A DNA stretch of 64,000 bases from Squalus acanthias (taxonomy: Eukaryota), in assembly GCA_030390025.1 (NCBI GenBank), contig CM059432.1, positions 97,652,001 to 97,716,000 on the forward strand. The letters are read 5' to 3'. Position 1 is the first letter of the stretch; each line of letters begins with the position of its first letter. A program made the position numbers and the translations under genes. The notes under the pieces were generated by a model that saw nothing but the letters and a program-made list of their open reading frames with translations, ran no database searches and was not told where the DNA came from. Below are positions 12,970 to 24,953 of the stretch, one piece after another.

Positions 12970-15900
12970 TGTAAGGGGTTTTGTCGTGCTTGTCTCGCAG
13001 ACGGTGCTGGTGCGAGGTTAGGCCTTCGTTGCCTAATACTATTGCTTGCTCTGGTCTCCGGCCAGCCTTATTGCAATAAGCACCTGTGAGTGGTTCGACC
13101 CACTCGCCCTTACGGTTCTAACACTGGACTTTGGTGCGGGAGCAGTAATGCAGAGAAAAACTCAAATAGACCCGGTTGAATAGTATGAAATGGAAATCTT
13201 TATTGCATAGCATCCAAAATCATGAAGTATAACTCCCTTTTGAATATATTTAGCGAACTGGCCTCAACAACCTTCTGTGGAAGAGAATTCCATAGATTCA
13301 CCACTCTCTGGGTGAAGAAGTTCCTCCTCAGCTCAGTCCTAAATGGCTTCCCCTTAATCCTTAGACTGTGACCCCTGGTTCTAGTTTTCCCTACCATTGG
13401 GAACATTCTGCCCGCATCTAATTTGTCTAAACCAGTCAGGATTTTAAATGTCTCTATAAGATCCCCCCTCATTCTTCTGAACTCCAGAGGATACAAGTTC
13501 AGTTGACCCAATCTTTCTTGATATGTCAGTCCGGCCATCCCAGGAATCAATCTAGTGAACCTTCGCTGCACTCCCTCAATAGCAAGAATGTCCTTCCTTA
13601 AGTTAGGAGACCAAAACTGCGCACAATACTCCAGGTGTGGCCTCACCAAGGCCCTGTACAACTGTAGCATCACCTCCCTACTCCTGTACTCAAATCCCCT
13701 TGCTATGAAGGCCATCATTCCGTTTGCTTTCTTGACTGCCTGCTGCACTTGCATTCCCACCTTCAGTGACTGATGTACAATGACGCCCAGGTCTCGTTGC
13801 ACCTCCCCTTTCCCTAATCTGCCACCATTCAGGTAATAGTCCGCCTCTCTATTTTTACCACCAAAGTGGATAACCTCACATTTATCCACATTGTACTTCA
13901 TCTGCCATACATTTGCCCATTCACCCAACCTGTCCAAGTCACTCTGTAGCCTCCTAGCATCCTCCTCATTGTTCACACTGCCTCCCAATTTAGTGTCATC
14001 CGCAAATTTGGAGATATTACATTTAATCCCTTCGTCCAAATCATTAATATATAATGTAAACAGCTGGGGTCCCAGCACCGAACCCTGCGGTACCCCGCTG
14101 GTCACTGCCTGCCATTCTGAAAAGTACCCATTTACTCCTACTCTTTGTTTCCTGTGTGCCAACCAGTTCTCAATCCACGTCAACACATTACCCCCAATCC
14201 CATGTGCTTTAACTTTGCTCACCAATCTCTTGTGTGGGACCTTGTCGAAGGCCTTCTGAAAGTCCAAATACACCACATCTACTGGTTCCCCCCTGTCCAC
14301 CCTATTGGAAACATCCTCAAAAAATTCCAGAAGATTTGTCAAGCATGATTTCCCTTTCACAAATCCATGCTGACTTGGACCTATCATGTCGCCACTTTCC
14401 AAATGGTCTGTTATGACATCTTTAATAATTGCTTCCATCATTTTACCCACGACCGATGTCAGGCTGACCGGTCTATAATTCCCTGCTTTCTCCCTCCCTC
14501 CTTTTTTAAAAAGAGGGGTTACATTGGCCACCCTCCACTCCATCGGAACTGATCCAGAGTCTAAGGAATGTTGGAAAATGATCGTCAATGCATCCACTAT
14601 TTCCAAGGCCACCTCCTTAAGTACTCTGGGATGCAGACCATCAGGCCCCGGGGATTTTTCAGCCTTCAGTCCCATCAATTTCCCCAATACCTTTTCCCGA
14701 CTAATAAGGATTTCCCTCAGCTCCTCCCTCTTACCAGATCCTCTGACCCCTTTTATTTCCGGCAGGTTGTGTGTGTCCTCCACAGTAAACACCGAACCAA
14801 AGTACTTGTTCAATTGATCCGCCATTTCCTTGTTCCCCATTACGACTTCCCCTGTTTCCGACTGCAGGGGACCTATGTTTGTTTTTACTAACCTATTTCT
14901 TTTTACATATTTATAGAAGCTTTTGCAGTCCATTTTAATGTTCTCTGCAAGCTTCCTTTCATATTTTATTTTCCCTGCCCTAATCAAACCCTTCGTCCTC
15001 CTCTGCTGAGTTTTGAAGTTCTCCCAGTCCCCGGGTTTGCTGCTACTTCTGGCCAATTTGTATGCAACTTCCTTGGTTTTAATACTATCCCTGATTTCCC
15101 TTGTTAGCCATGGTTGAGCCACCTTCCCTTTTTTATTTTTATGCCAGACCGGGATGTACAATTGTTGTAGTTCATCCATGCGATCTCTAAATGTCTGCCA
15201 TTGCCCTTCCACTGATAGCCCCTTAAATATCGCTTGCCAATTTAACCTCGCCAATTCACGCCTCATACCCTCAAAGTTGCCCTTATTTAAGTACATGTCA
15301 TAGGCGCAAATTAACGAGAGTACAAGTATACATACATGCATAAAGCTTGGTCTATGGTAATGAAGAACGCACGGAACATCGTAAAAAGGGGAACACATTA
15401 TACTTTATCCTTAATAAAACCACCCTCCCTTATCAATACCTACACTACGTCTAGATTTGTAGGATCGGGAAACATGCTCACCACTCGTGATACTTCGGAG
15501 AATTTTAAAGTGAGGCACTCGGCTCGTTTCGCTGCAGTGCCTGACTGTCACGTGTTTGGAGGGGTCTCTGTACCCCACTTGTTTATCTTCGCTGCTGCGA
15601 CAAGCAGGCCGGGCTCCCTGTTGTCATGAAGAACTCGAGAGAACTCGGGCACGGTTGTAGAACTCAAAGAAAAGTCTTCCTGTTGTTATGAAGAAGTCAA
15701 TGGACCCAAACCAGATCGTGCAGTAACCCGTGAAATTCAAGAAATGAGTTTGGTTTTATATTTTCGGGCGCGGTCGGTGTTTACTGACCGTGGCAGCACG
15801 TGGATTCTTCTTCTTTTTTGTCTTTTCGTCTTGTCTCTTCGGGCCTTCGGGTCCAGACACCGTTTACCGACTCTCGGGATGGTGCACCTGGTCACTTGCC

Positions 15901-16701
15901 CTTGTCGAGGCGGCTCGTTCCGTTTGAGCTCCACCCAACATTCGAATAGCCGACCCGTACGGCTAAAAGTCAAGAGTCAACAATGTCCAGCCCTAAGGAA
16001 GAGCTTCAGCAAGGGTTCGCCGAGAGATAAGAGTCGAATCAAGAGCATCAGCCGAGATAAGAGACCGATAGACATTTGTTCACTATAGTTATAGTGCTGT
16101 GTTCCCTTATCTCCCGCTCAAATCTTAATGTTTGTCCTTTGTGTAATATTGGCGCTCAAAACTCCCAGCATGGGGCGATTCTTCTCTTTAACGGGTTTCG
16201 GTAGCACCTGAAACTGGCCAACTACCCATTAATGTTTCCCCCATTGTTGACCCAGCCAGGATTGTATGAACCTGACTGGTTTTGGGGGCCCCCGGATACT
16301 TGTTTAATCACCCGTCGATGTCTCTCTCATTGTAGAACCGTGGGGGTATTTGTGTATGAAGTGTCTGGATGGGCCTCTGATTGCCCAGTACAATGGTCCT
16401 TACTTGTGCATGGAAAACGATTCCAGCACTCATATCTTTGCTATTGTCACAAATGCAAACAGGTTGCATCCTGTCTTTATCAGTGTTTATCGAGTATGAT
16501 CCAGTCTTATATTGAAATGTTTATTCGAACACCATCTTGTCTGCCCACTGTACTTCTGGAAGCTTCTGCCACGATGCGCGGCGGCCATTTTACAGGCTTC
16601 TGTGTCCTTTATATCATGACAGCATTTTGTTTAATAAAACTGATTAAACGAATCTGCTTCTATCTTGTTATTTCGAATCGCGATAATTGCGAAACTTTAC
16701 A
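12970..16701 (-). mobile_element. Solo LTR, subfamily B of the loki-like retrovirus family, interrupted by CR1
   Basis: TGTA..TACA ends; 4-bp TSD GACT (12966-12969 / 16702-16705); highly similar to 61985-63624. Confidence 0.9.
13230..15288 (-). mobile_element. CR1 LINE ORF2 fragment (RT domain), open frame, truncated at both ends
   Basis: KSPGPDG, NYRPVSLTS, LDFQKAFDKV, GVPQGSVLGP, FADDTK; flanked by AAGTA direct repeats (13225-13229, 15289-15293). Confidence 0.92.
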
Positions 16702-16717
16702 GACTCTCTGTCAACAT

Positions 16718-18344
16718 TGTAGAATTCGCAAAATTATCGCGATTTTATAAAAATAAGAAGGAGACATAAAGTTTCGTATAAACAGCTTTATTTCAGCAGA
16801 ATGCTGTCAGGTTTCAAAACGGACACAAACAGCCTGTAAAATGGCCGCCACGCCTCGTGGCAGAAAGTTCTAGACTTTCAGTAGGCAGACAAGATGGCGT
16901 TTCAATAAACATTTCAGCAAGATCGAACAGGACTCAGCACATTTGAGATAATGACAAGACATGATGGGTTTGCATTTTAAACATAAATACTGAAATCGGT
17001 CTCCCAGGTGCAAACAAGGGCTATTGTACTGAGCGATCAAGGACCCATCCAAAGACATTAATATGCAAAATCCCCACGGCTCTACGATGAGAGAGCCGTT
17101 CGCGGGTACTCACAGCAAGCATTTGGAAGCCCCAAAACCCCTCCAGGGAGACTACTAGCCGGTTCCACAATGGGAGAAATATTAACGGGTACTCAGACAG
17201 TCACAAGTGTCACCGAAACCCATTAAAGACTGAGATCACCCCATACAAGAAGTTTGAGCACCAAAACCCTGACAAAAGATAGACATTAAGATTGGACGGG
17301 AAAATAGGAATTACAGCACTATAACTGTAAAGTACAACCGTCCATCTTTCTCTTGCTGCTTTGACTCGCTGGAAGGCTGCTGAACTTTTATTCTCTTGCC
17401 TGACGACTCTGGACTCTGATCCGCTAGGATCAACCTCGTGGCTTGCCGCGAAGATCTGTGGAGAACTAGGCTGCGAAGGCCTGTAAGCGGGTGCACCATC
17501 CCGAGAAGTCGGTAAACGGTGTTGGAATCGAAGGCCCGAGATGAGACGAGATGAGATGAGTAGAGAAGAAGACGACCACACGTGCCGCCACGGTCAGTAA
17601 CCCCGACCGTGCCCGAAAATCAACCACTTCTTCGAATTCTATCGGCTACTCCACAACTGACCCAGGAAGACTGTTTTTCGAATTTTACAGGCAACCGGTG
17701 TGAGGGCACAGGAAGACTCTTCTTTGAGTGGTGTCCGAACTCTGAAAATCAACACAGATCTTCATGGCCGCAGGCGGTTCAGCCTACTAGCCGGAGCAGA
17801 AACGAGTAAACAAGTGAGGTGCAGAGACCCTTGACCAACACGTGAGTGGTCAGGTGCGGTGGCGAAAGCATCCGAACATCGATTTAGAATCCTCCGAATT
17901 GTCCCGAGTGGTGAGCATGAGTCTCGATCCTACAAATCTAGATTAGGACAGGTATTGATAGGGGAGGGTTTAAGTTTTAAGGATAATTATAATGTGTGTC
18001 CCCTTTTACGATGTGTCGTGCGCTCCTCGTTTCCCTAAAATTAGTTTCATAACTGTGTGTAAGTTTGTACTGTCATTAATCTGTGCTTATGACATGTATC
18101 TCGTAATCTTGAATAATATGCAATAAAGATTTTCCATTTCGCACTATTCAACCGGGTCTACCTGAGTTTTCTCTGCATTATTGCTCTCGCACCTAAGTCC
18201 AGTGTCAGAACCGTAAGGGCGAGTGGGTCGAACCACTCACAGGTGTCTAGTGTTACCAGGCTGGCTGGAGACCAGAACAGGCAACAAGGCCTAACCCCGC
18301 ACTAGCACCCAGGCTAAGCACAGAGCCACACGTCACCCCTTACA
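16718..18344 (+). repeat. 5' LTR (1627 bp, subfamily A)
   Basis: TGTAGAATTCG..CCCCTTACA; TATA-like 17320-17325; AATAAA 18122-18127. Confidence 0.95.
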
Positions 18345-18349
18345 GATAA

Positions 18350-18367
18350 TGGCGACCACGAAGGGAC
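18350..18367 (+). promoter_or_regulatory. Primer binding site, tRNA-Arg(UCG)
   Basis: TGGCGACCACGAAGGGAC is the complement of the vertebrate tRNA-Arg(UCG) 3' end GTCCCTTCGTGGTCG-CCA; 5 nt downstream of the LTR. Confidence 0.85.
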
Positions 18368-18402
18368 ACTGGCAGTGAGAAAATAATGTGTTAGACCCTG
18401 GT

Positions 18403-20170
18403 ATGAATGGGCGAAATGTTATGGAAGAGAGAATAGCCGATTATGTTTTTGGAAAAGTGAATTTGACTAAGAAATGGATAAGTGACCTGCTGGTGGATAA
18501 GCGTCCACTAGAGGCAGCCGTGAGGTGGACAGGTAGCAAGGAACATAAAAAACTGTAGAGAAAGTGGTCTGGCTGATGTGCTATAAAAGACAAGTCCAGC
18601 TTTCGGACCAGGTCATCATAGCGCAGGCAGCTCAGATCAAGGGTTTAGAGATGGAAATGGACGAGAAGGTCGCGGGGGGGCAGCAGCTCATCGCGTCTTT
18701 AAATGCGTTGCATCAAGAACGCCAGTTAGTCGCCAACCACCATGAGGCGAAAATAGATTACCTCGAGTGCCAGGTCACTGAGGCAAAGTTAAATGAGGGC
18801 AGAATAAGGGAACGATGTGCCCGCCTAGCTGCCCAAATAAAATCCCAGGAAGAGAGCTTAACGGGGGTTAGGGCGGCATATAAGATGGCCCTCGAGGATA
18901 AACATGAGGGGACCGATCACAGCGTCTGCCAAAGAGAGATAGGGAACCTTAAAGAGGCCCTGAATAAAGCGCACGGCATGGTGTGCCTTATCAGCCCGTC
19001 AGCACACCAGCCGCTGGTCGGTGGGGAATTTCAGAAATCCCCACCGAACAAGGCAGAGGAGGTATTTGCCACTGTGCCCTCTGCGCCACCCAGATATTCG
19101 GCAACCTGGGTGAGGAAGGAAGTGGTAGAAGTAGAGGCAGAGGTCCCGAGGTAGTACAGCCCCCCGAGGTAGAAGTGAAGCCGGGACCGTTGTGTCCGGT
19201 CACGGGTATCAAAAGGGGCCCGAACAGAGACGGTGGGGCAGAGGGGGATCTCCTCAGCCAGCTTGTGTTGCCGCACAATGCACACCAGCTGAGGGCCATG
19301 ATCAGTCACGTACGGAAGCTGTCCGAGTCAGACGACCCTTCCGTACATTTCAGGGAGGTAGAGCAGACCGCAGCCATTAACGGCTGCGACGATGGGGAAA
19401 AAGCAAAAATGCTGCTGTTCTCATTAGACAGCTCGATCCTTCAGTGTCTCTCAGACGAGAGCAAGAGGGGAAATAATACCTATGAGGAGTTAAGAGATGA
19501 GGTCCTAGAAGTGTTGGGAGCGGACGATGAAGGTCCGTTCGTTAGATTGGGACAAACAGTGTAAATGGAGGGAGAACCCCCGAAGGTTTTCGACGACAGG
19601 CTGTGGCCAGTATATCAACGTAGCTGCCCAGGCGCGCCAGCGCGTCACCGCCTAGACAGTGTCGGTTTAACTCATTGGCTCAGGTGTGTGGTAGCCAACA
19701 GTTTGCCAGCCATCAGGGAGCAGGCCAAAGCGTGCTTTGATCCCACTAACCCCGCCACAACAGAGGAGTCGGTCCTAAATCGACTCACGGTAGGGTACCG
19801 TAATACCAGGAGTACGGGAGCACGTCCCCTTAAGGGAAAGGTGCATGAGGCGCGGCCCACAGCCCCGGCTCAAAAGGAGTGGCATCAGGAGCGAAATCGC
19901 GTCCCACAGGCCAGTAATGCTTGTTTCGGATGCGGAAAGACAGGGCACTGGCGCAAGAACTGCAGGAACCCTTGGAAGGAGTCCAGGGATAAAAATCCCG
20001 CAGACCGAGCCCAGGCGCCTGTCTCTGATAGGGGAGCTGGTGTGCCTATCCATCCCGATGCGATCAAATCAATGTTGGGAGCCATGCGCACACTCATGAT
20101 TTCGCAAGGAAGGGTGGCAGTCGCTACCGGCCCCGCAGATGCCGCAGCCCCGTCCAACAGTACCCAATGA
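18403..20170 (+). pseudogene. gag: gag (coiled-coil N-terminal region, capsid-like region, CCHC knuckle); two frameshifts (about 18550, 19150) and one stop (19562)
   Basis: Overlapping ORFs 18564-19154, 18983-19564, 19565-20170; CFGCGKTGHWRKNC. Confidence 0.85.
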
Positions 20171-20174
20171 CTAG
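20168..20174 (+). promoter_or_regulatory. gag-pol stop-codon readthrough signal UGA-CUAG
   Basis: CAA TGA CTA G; gag and protease are in the same frame with no further stop before LLDTGAS. Confidence 0.7.
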
Positions 20175-23100
20175 AGCCCACACAGCCCGTCTACCTGTGT
20201 CCGCTCAGCTATGATGCGTGGAAGCGACCCCTGGTGGAGATGGAGGTAGAGAAGCAGAAGGGTAGTTATTTGTTGGACACGGGAGCTTCATGCACCGTGA
20301 TTCATACGGATAGCCCCTTTGACTCACCGCTATCTACCAAGGTCCCATACACATTCGCGGGGTTTACGGGAAAAGAGCAGGCTGGCGCGTTCTCCATTCC
20401 GCTCTCCATTCATTTAGGAGCACTCCACACCACGTGGAAGTGCATACTGATGAAATGGCAAGAGGGGGGTGGGAGAGGCATCCTTGGGTCAGATCTCCTA
20501 TCGGGGCACGGGATCCTCGTGGACCTCAGGAATCACTGTCTCTGGTGAGCTAAGGGTGGAAAAGGCGAGGTAGTGGTAATCCCGGGGGAGGAAGGTAAAG
20601 GGGCCCTGTGTCCCATGAAGCCATCCGGAGGCTACGACCTCGGGCTTATGGTCGTGGATGTCCCAACGGACATGCAAACGTACGTGTCAGATAATATGCA
20701 CGCGTTTGCAACCCACAAGCACGATTGTGGGAGGGTTACCGGGTTTGAGGTCAGCGTAGATGGGGACCCCATGACCCGGCCCCAAAAGCAGTATAACTTC
20801 TCCAAAGAAGCAGAACCCAATATGGAGACAGCAATGTCCTCCTTGATGCAGCAGGGCGTGTTGAGGCCGATAGCCACACACGTGAACTCCCCATTATGGC
20901 CGGTTAGGAAGCCAGCTAATTCGTGGAGGGCCACGGTGAACTACAGAGTCCTTAACAGTAACATTCCCGCCTGCGCGCCCACGGTAGCAGCAGTTGCTGA
21001 CCTAATAGGGAGTATCCCAGCGTCCGCGACCACGTTCACGGTGCTGGATATCTCGAACGGTTTTTGGTCCATCCCGCTGCGGCAAGAGGACCAGTACAAG
21101 TTTGCCTTTACTTTCAAAGGACAACAGTACACATGGAACTGTCTGCCACAGGGTTTCCACAACAGCCCCAGCATTTTCCACCAGTGTATGGCAGGAAGTT
21201 TAAAGGAGTTTAGTCAGCCCAATCAGATAGTGCAGTACGTGGATGATTTGCTCCTATTTACGGACTCAAGGGAGGAGCATGGACCACTGCTGGCTGAGTT
21301 ATTGGAGCTGCTAGCAAGAAAGGGTTTTAAAGTGAACCCTAAGAAAGCACGTATCGGTCAGCAGGAAGTAAAATTCCTGGGGCTGACCATTCGCGCTGGG
21401 GAAAGAGCCATAGATAAGGCTAGGAGGGAGTCGGTGCAAGATTTACCGATTCCCAACACCATAAGGGGTGTGAGGTCCTTTTTGGGACTGACCGGTTACT
21501 GCAGGGATTTTATCGAAGACTATGCGGCCACAGCGGCGCCGCTGCTCCGACTCCTCCATAAGGGAGTGGAGTGGTCTTGGGACGAGGGCTGCCAGGCAGC
21601 CTTCGAGAAGTTAAAAAGGGATTTGCAGACCGCGCCAGCTTTAGGGGCCATAGATGGGGGGAAGGAGTTTTTCCTGGAGGTAGCTGCCAGCGGAGACAGC
21701 TTGAGCGCTGTGCTGCTCCAAGAGCACCATGGCAAGCTGAGGCCGGTTGTCTATTCGTCTGGGGTGTTAACGGATGTGGAGAGGAGTTTCTCCAATTGCG
21801 AAAGGCATCTTTTAGCCACGCATTGGGCTGTGAAAAGATCAGCGATCTTCACAGGGCTCTCTCCCATCACTCTCCTCACCCATCACACACCAACTAAGAT
21901 GCTTCTAGACGGGAGGATTAAGGATGGGACCGTAAGCAGCGCTCGAATTGCGCGCTGGACCCTTCTCCTTTCCCAGATGGATCTTAGAATTAAAGGTCTT
22001 TGCGAGCCCAGGCTTGCGGCCAATTTGGTATACCCCGGTACAGCCCACCAGTGTTCGGTGCAAGGGGTGTGGGAAGTCAACATAGGTTTGCGGGCTGGGA
22101 TACATCCCACAGGTCGCGAGATTTATGTTGATGGTTCCAGCACAGTGTCCGCTGGCGAACGACTCACAGGGTGTGGAGTTTATGACCCTGCGGCAAACCT
22201 TGCCCTGGCGATTAAACTCCCCAGCACCATGAGCGCGCAGCAGGCTGAGCTGTCTGCGGTGGTGTACGTCGTTACCCACCCAGAAACTTTCCCAACCCCA
22301 TACACGATTTGCTCGGACAGTATGTTCACATGCAATTTGTGTACGGAATACCTGGCCATTTGGTCCCACCGTGGATACACCTCCGCGGACGGGCGACCTT
22401 TAACGGTGAAGCCCTTGCTGGAAAAGATCCTAGCAGCAGTAGGGGAGGAAGGGGAGATTTTCATCCATAAGGTGAAGGCTCACTCCTCCACGGAGCCCTG
22501 TGGGGAGGGCAACCAGCAGGCGGATGCGCTAGCCAGGGAGGGTGCCCGTAACGGCACTTTCTGGGACCCCTATGGGCCCAGACCCGTGGCAGCGATCCAA
22601 GGCAGGGATGGGAATCCCGGGAACACCAGGGTAGCATTGCCCCTAGACCTTAAGACCGTCCAGAACCAGGATCCCGCCCTAAAAGCAGTTCTCAGAACCA
22701 TTGCTGAGGGCAAGCAGGTAGAGGGTCCGTACAGTACGGCAACCCTCTCCATTAAGGAAGGCATGCTGTTCCGCGAGGAGCAGTGGGTTGTGCCGCAGCA
22801 GCACAGGAGGGAATTCCTCCAGTTGGCTCATGAGGGGCCGGGGGCAGGGCACCCCGGGCCCGAGGTTACCTGGCAACGGGTAGAGCAGGCGGGATGGTGG
22901 CCGGGACTCAGGGAGCAGGTCCGCGAGTTCTGTGCTAGCTGTCTCGTGTGCGCTGCAAATAACCCAGACCCCCAGAAAAGGAAAGTGCCCATGGGGCACA
23001 TCAGGAGGGTGGAGGGACCATGGCAGTCGACACAGATCGACTATATAGGGCCCCTGCCCACCACCCAGGGAGGCTATAAATACTGCCTCGTCTTGGTGGA

Positions 23101-24661
23101 TGTGTTTTCCAAATGGGTGGAAGCCTTCCCCTGTAGAACAGCTACGGCACTGGGTACTGCAAAAATCTTGGTCCGGGAAGTGTTCTCGCGGTGAGGACTT
23201 CCCCGTTTTGTGGAGTCAGACCAAGGGAGTCATTTCACCGGCCAGGTGATGCAGAACACCCTCATGCTTTTGGGCATTGAAGGGAAATGGCACGTAGCGC
23301 ACAATCCCCAGTCATCTGGGATTGTTGAACGCATGAACCGGACCCTGAAGGAGAAATTGAGGAAAGAGACTATGAACTCGCCCCAAAAATGGGCGGAGGT
23401 TCTGCCTTTAGTCCTCATGGGGGTCCGGGCCAGTCAGTCGAAAAGTACGGGGTATTCCCCGCACGAGGTGATGACTGGGAGGATCATGCAAACCCCCACC
23501 CATGTGCTAGCGCCGGTGCTCACTGAGGGTCAGCTCCAAGAGGTAAGCAGGGACAAGTTCGTCCAGACCCTCTTGGAGCGCCTGAAGCAGGTTTATGAGC
23601 AGGCGGCTGGGAACATGGGAAGGCAGCGTCAGGGCAATCGCCTGTTGCTGGAACCCCGCAAGAAGCGGGAGTGGGAAGTAGGAGACCAGGTCATGGTCAG
23701 AAACTATGCCAGAGTAGGAAGTCTGGAACCACTGTATATGGGACCCTACAGCATTGTAGATAAGGCGAGTCCCATGGTATACGCCGTAAAGGTACCTCGG
23801 CGCACTAAGTGGTTCCACGTAAATCAGTGCAAACTGTATAAGCCGGGTGCACAAGGGCCAACCACAGGGGCCAAACCTGCGAGTGGGGACTCGCAGCCCC
23901 GGGTAGGGCCACAGGGCACACAGGCAGGCAAAGCAGCCTGCATCAGGGGAGAGGACATCCTAGCAAAATGTAGGATCCTTTATTTGGGTTGGGAGTCAGA
24001 TGAGGAAGAGTTCGAGGAGCTCGACCAAGATAGTGACACAAGCGAAGAGGAGCTGGAATCGGAGGACGAAAGGGTCGCCCCCGATTCAGGTATAGGGGAG
24101 ACAGGGGCTGCAGATAGAGATCCACACAGGGTGGAGGCCGAAGCTGCAGGTCCCGAATGCAGGGGGGCGGAGCTAGGGGAGGCGGAGCCAGCCGCTGTGG
24201 TGGGACCACAGGGCGTGGCGATGGAAGCCTCAGAGCCCGAGCCGCCCGCCTTGAATGTCTTGCCCTCGAGGGAGGTAGGGACTGCGAGTAAAGGGCCGCC
24301 TACTGGGCCAAGTAGGGCGGTGCCACAAGCTGCAGATCCCGAGTTCAAGGAGGCGGAGTCAGGGGAGGCGGAGCCAGCGACTGTGGTGGGACCACAGGTC
24401 GCCACAGTGGAAGTCTCGGAACCCGGTCCGTCAGTCCTGGAGTTCCTGCCCCCGGTAGTTCCCCGTAGGTCAAGTCGGAAACCCCAGCCCAGAAAGATGT
24501 GGGTAAGTCCCCCGTATGTCCCTAAGCGTAGGCCCAGGGCTAAGGCAGCCCAGGGAGAGCCCAGTCACAGCGCAGCAGCAACAGGCTGCGGCAGATCAAA
24601 GGAAGGGGTCAATGCCCTCCCACCATCGGGAGAAGCCTGCGGCAGCAACCGCAGAATTTGA
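20171..24661 (+). pseudogene. pol: pro-pol: protease, RT, tether, RNase H, integrase with long C-terminal tail; single frame with two in-frame TGA (20546, 23192)
   Basis: LLDTGAS; LPQGF..YVDD; IYVDGSS..AELSAV..SDS..KVKAH..GNQQAD; H..H..CxxC; QIDY, SDQG, GIVERMN; GPY motif. Confidence 0.95.
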
Positions 24662-24953
24662 GTAGGCCGCCCTGGGAACGGGCGGCACTGTACAGTTATA
24701 AGATAAGTGATAAGTTGATGAATTTGTAAGTTCAAGTTTATAGTTCTTAAATCAGGTTAAGTTTGTAGTTTAAGTTTTAACAGAAAATGGTAAAATGATG
24801 GGAGTTTTAGAGATAGGAATGGTTAAGATCTATCCAGTGCACATGTCTTCTTACGTGAGGCGAGGTCAGGGGACCCGCTCACCCTTCACAAAAGCCAGAG
24901 ACTCTTGGGAGGCTGGCTACCTCATTCTATCTGATCACAGGAACCAAGGAAGG

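Noticed and set aside
13200..15398. 732-aa ORF as a host gene
   Set aside because: It is a CR1 ORF2 fragment whose ends run into LTR sequence; the apparent N-terminus is LTR-derived
16232..16750. 172-aa ORF antisense in LTR B as an accessory gene
   Set aside because: Broken by indels in the second LTR B copy (63260-63609) and reads past the LTR end; no recognisable motif
24795..24953. Upstream ATG start for env
   Set aside because: The first 53 codons lack signal-peptide character; ATG 24954 follows a splice-acceptor-like site and begins a hydrophobic leader
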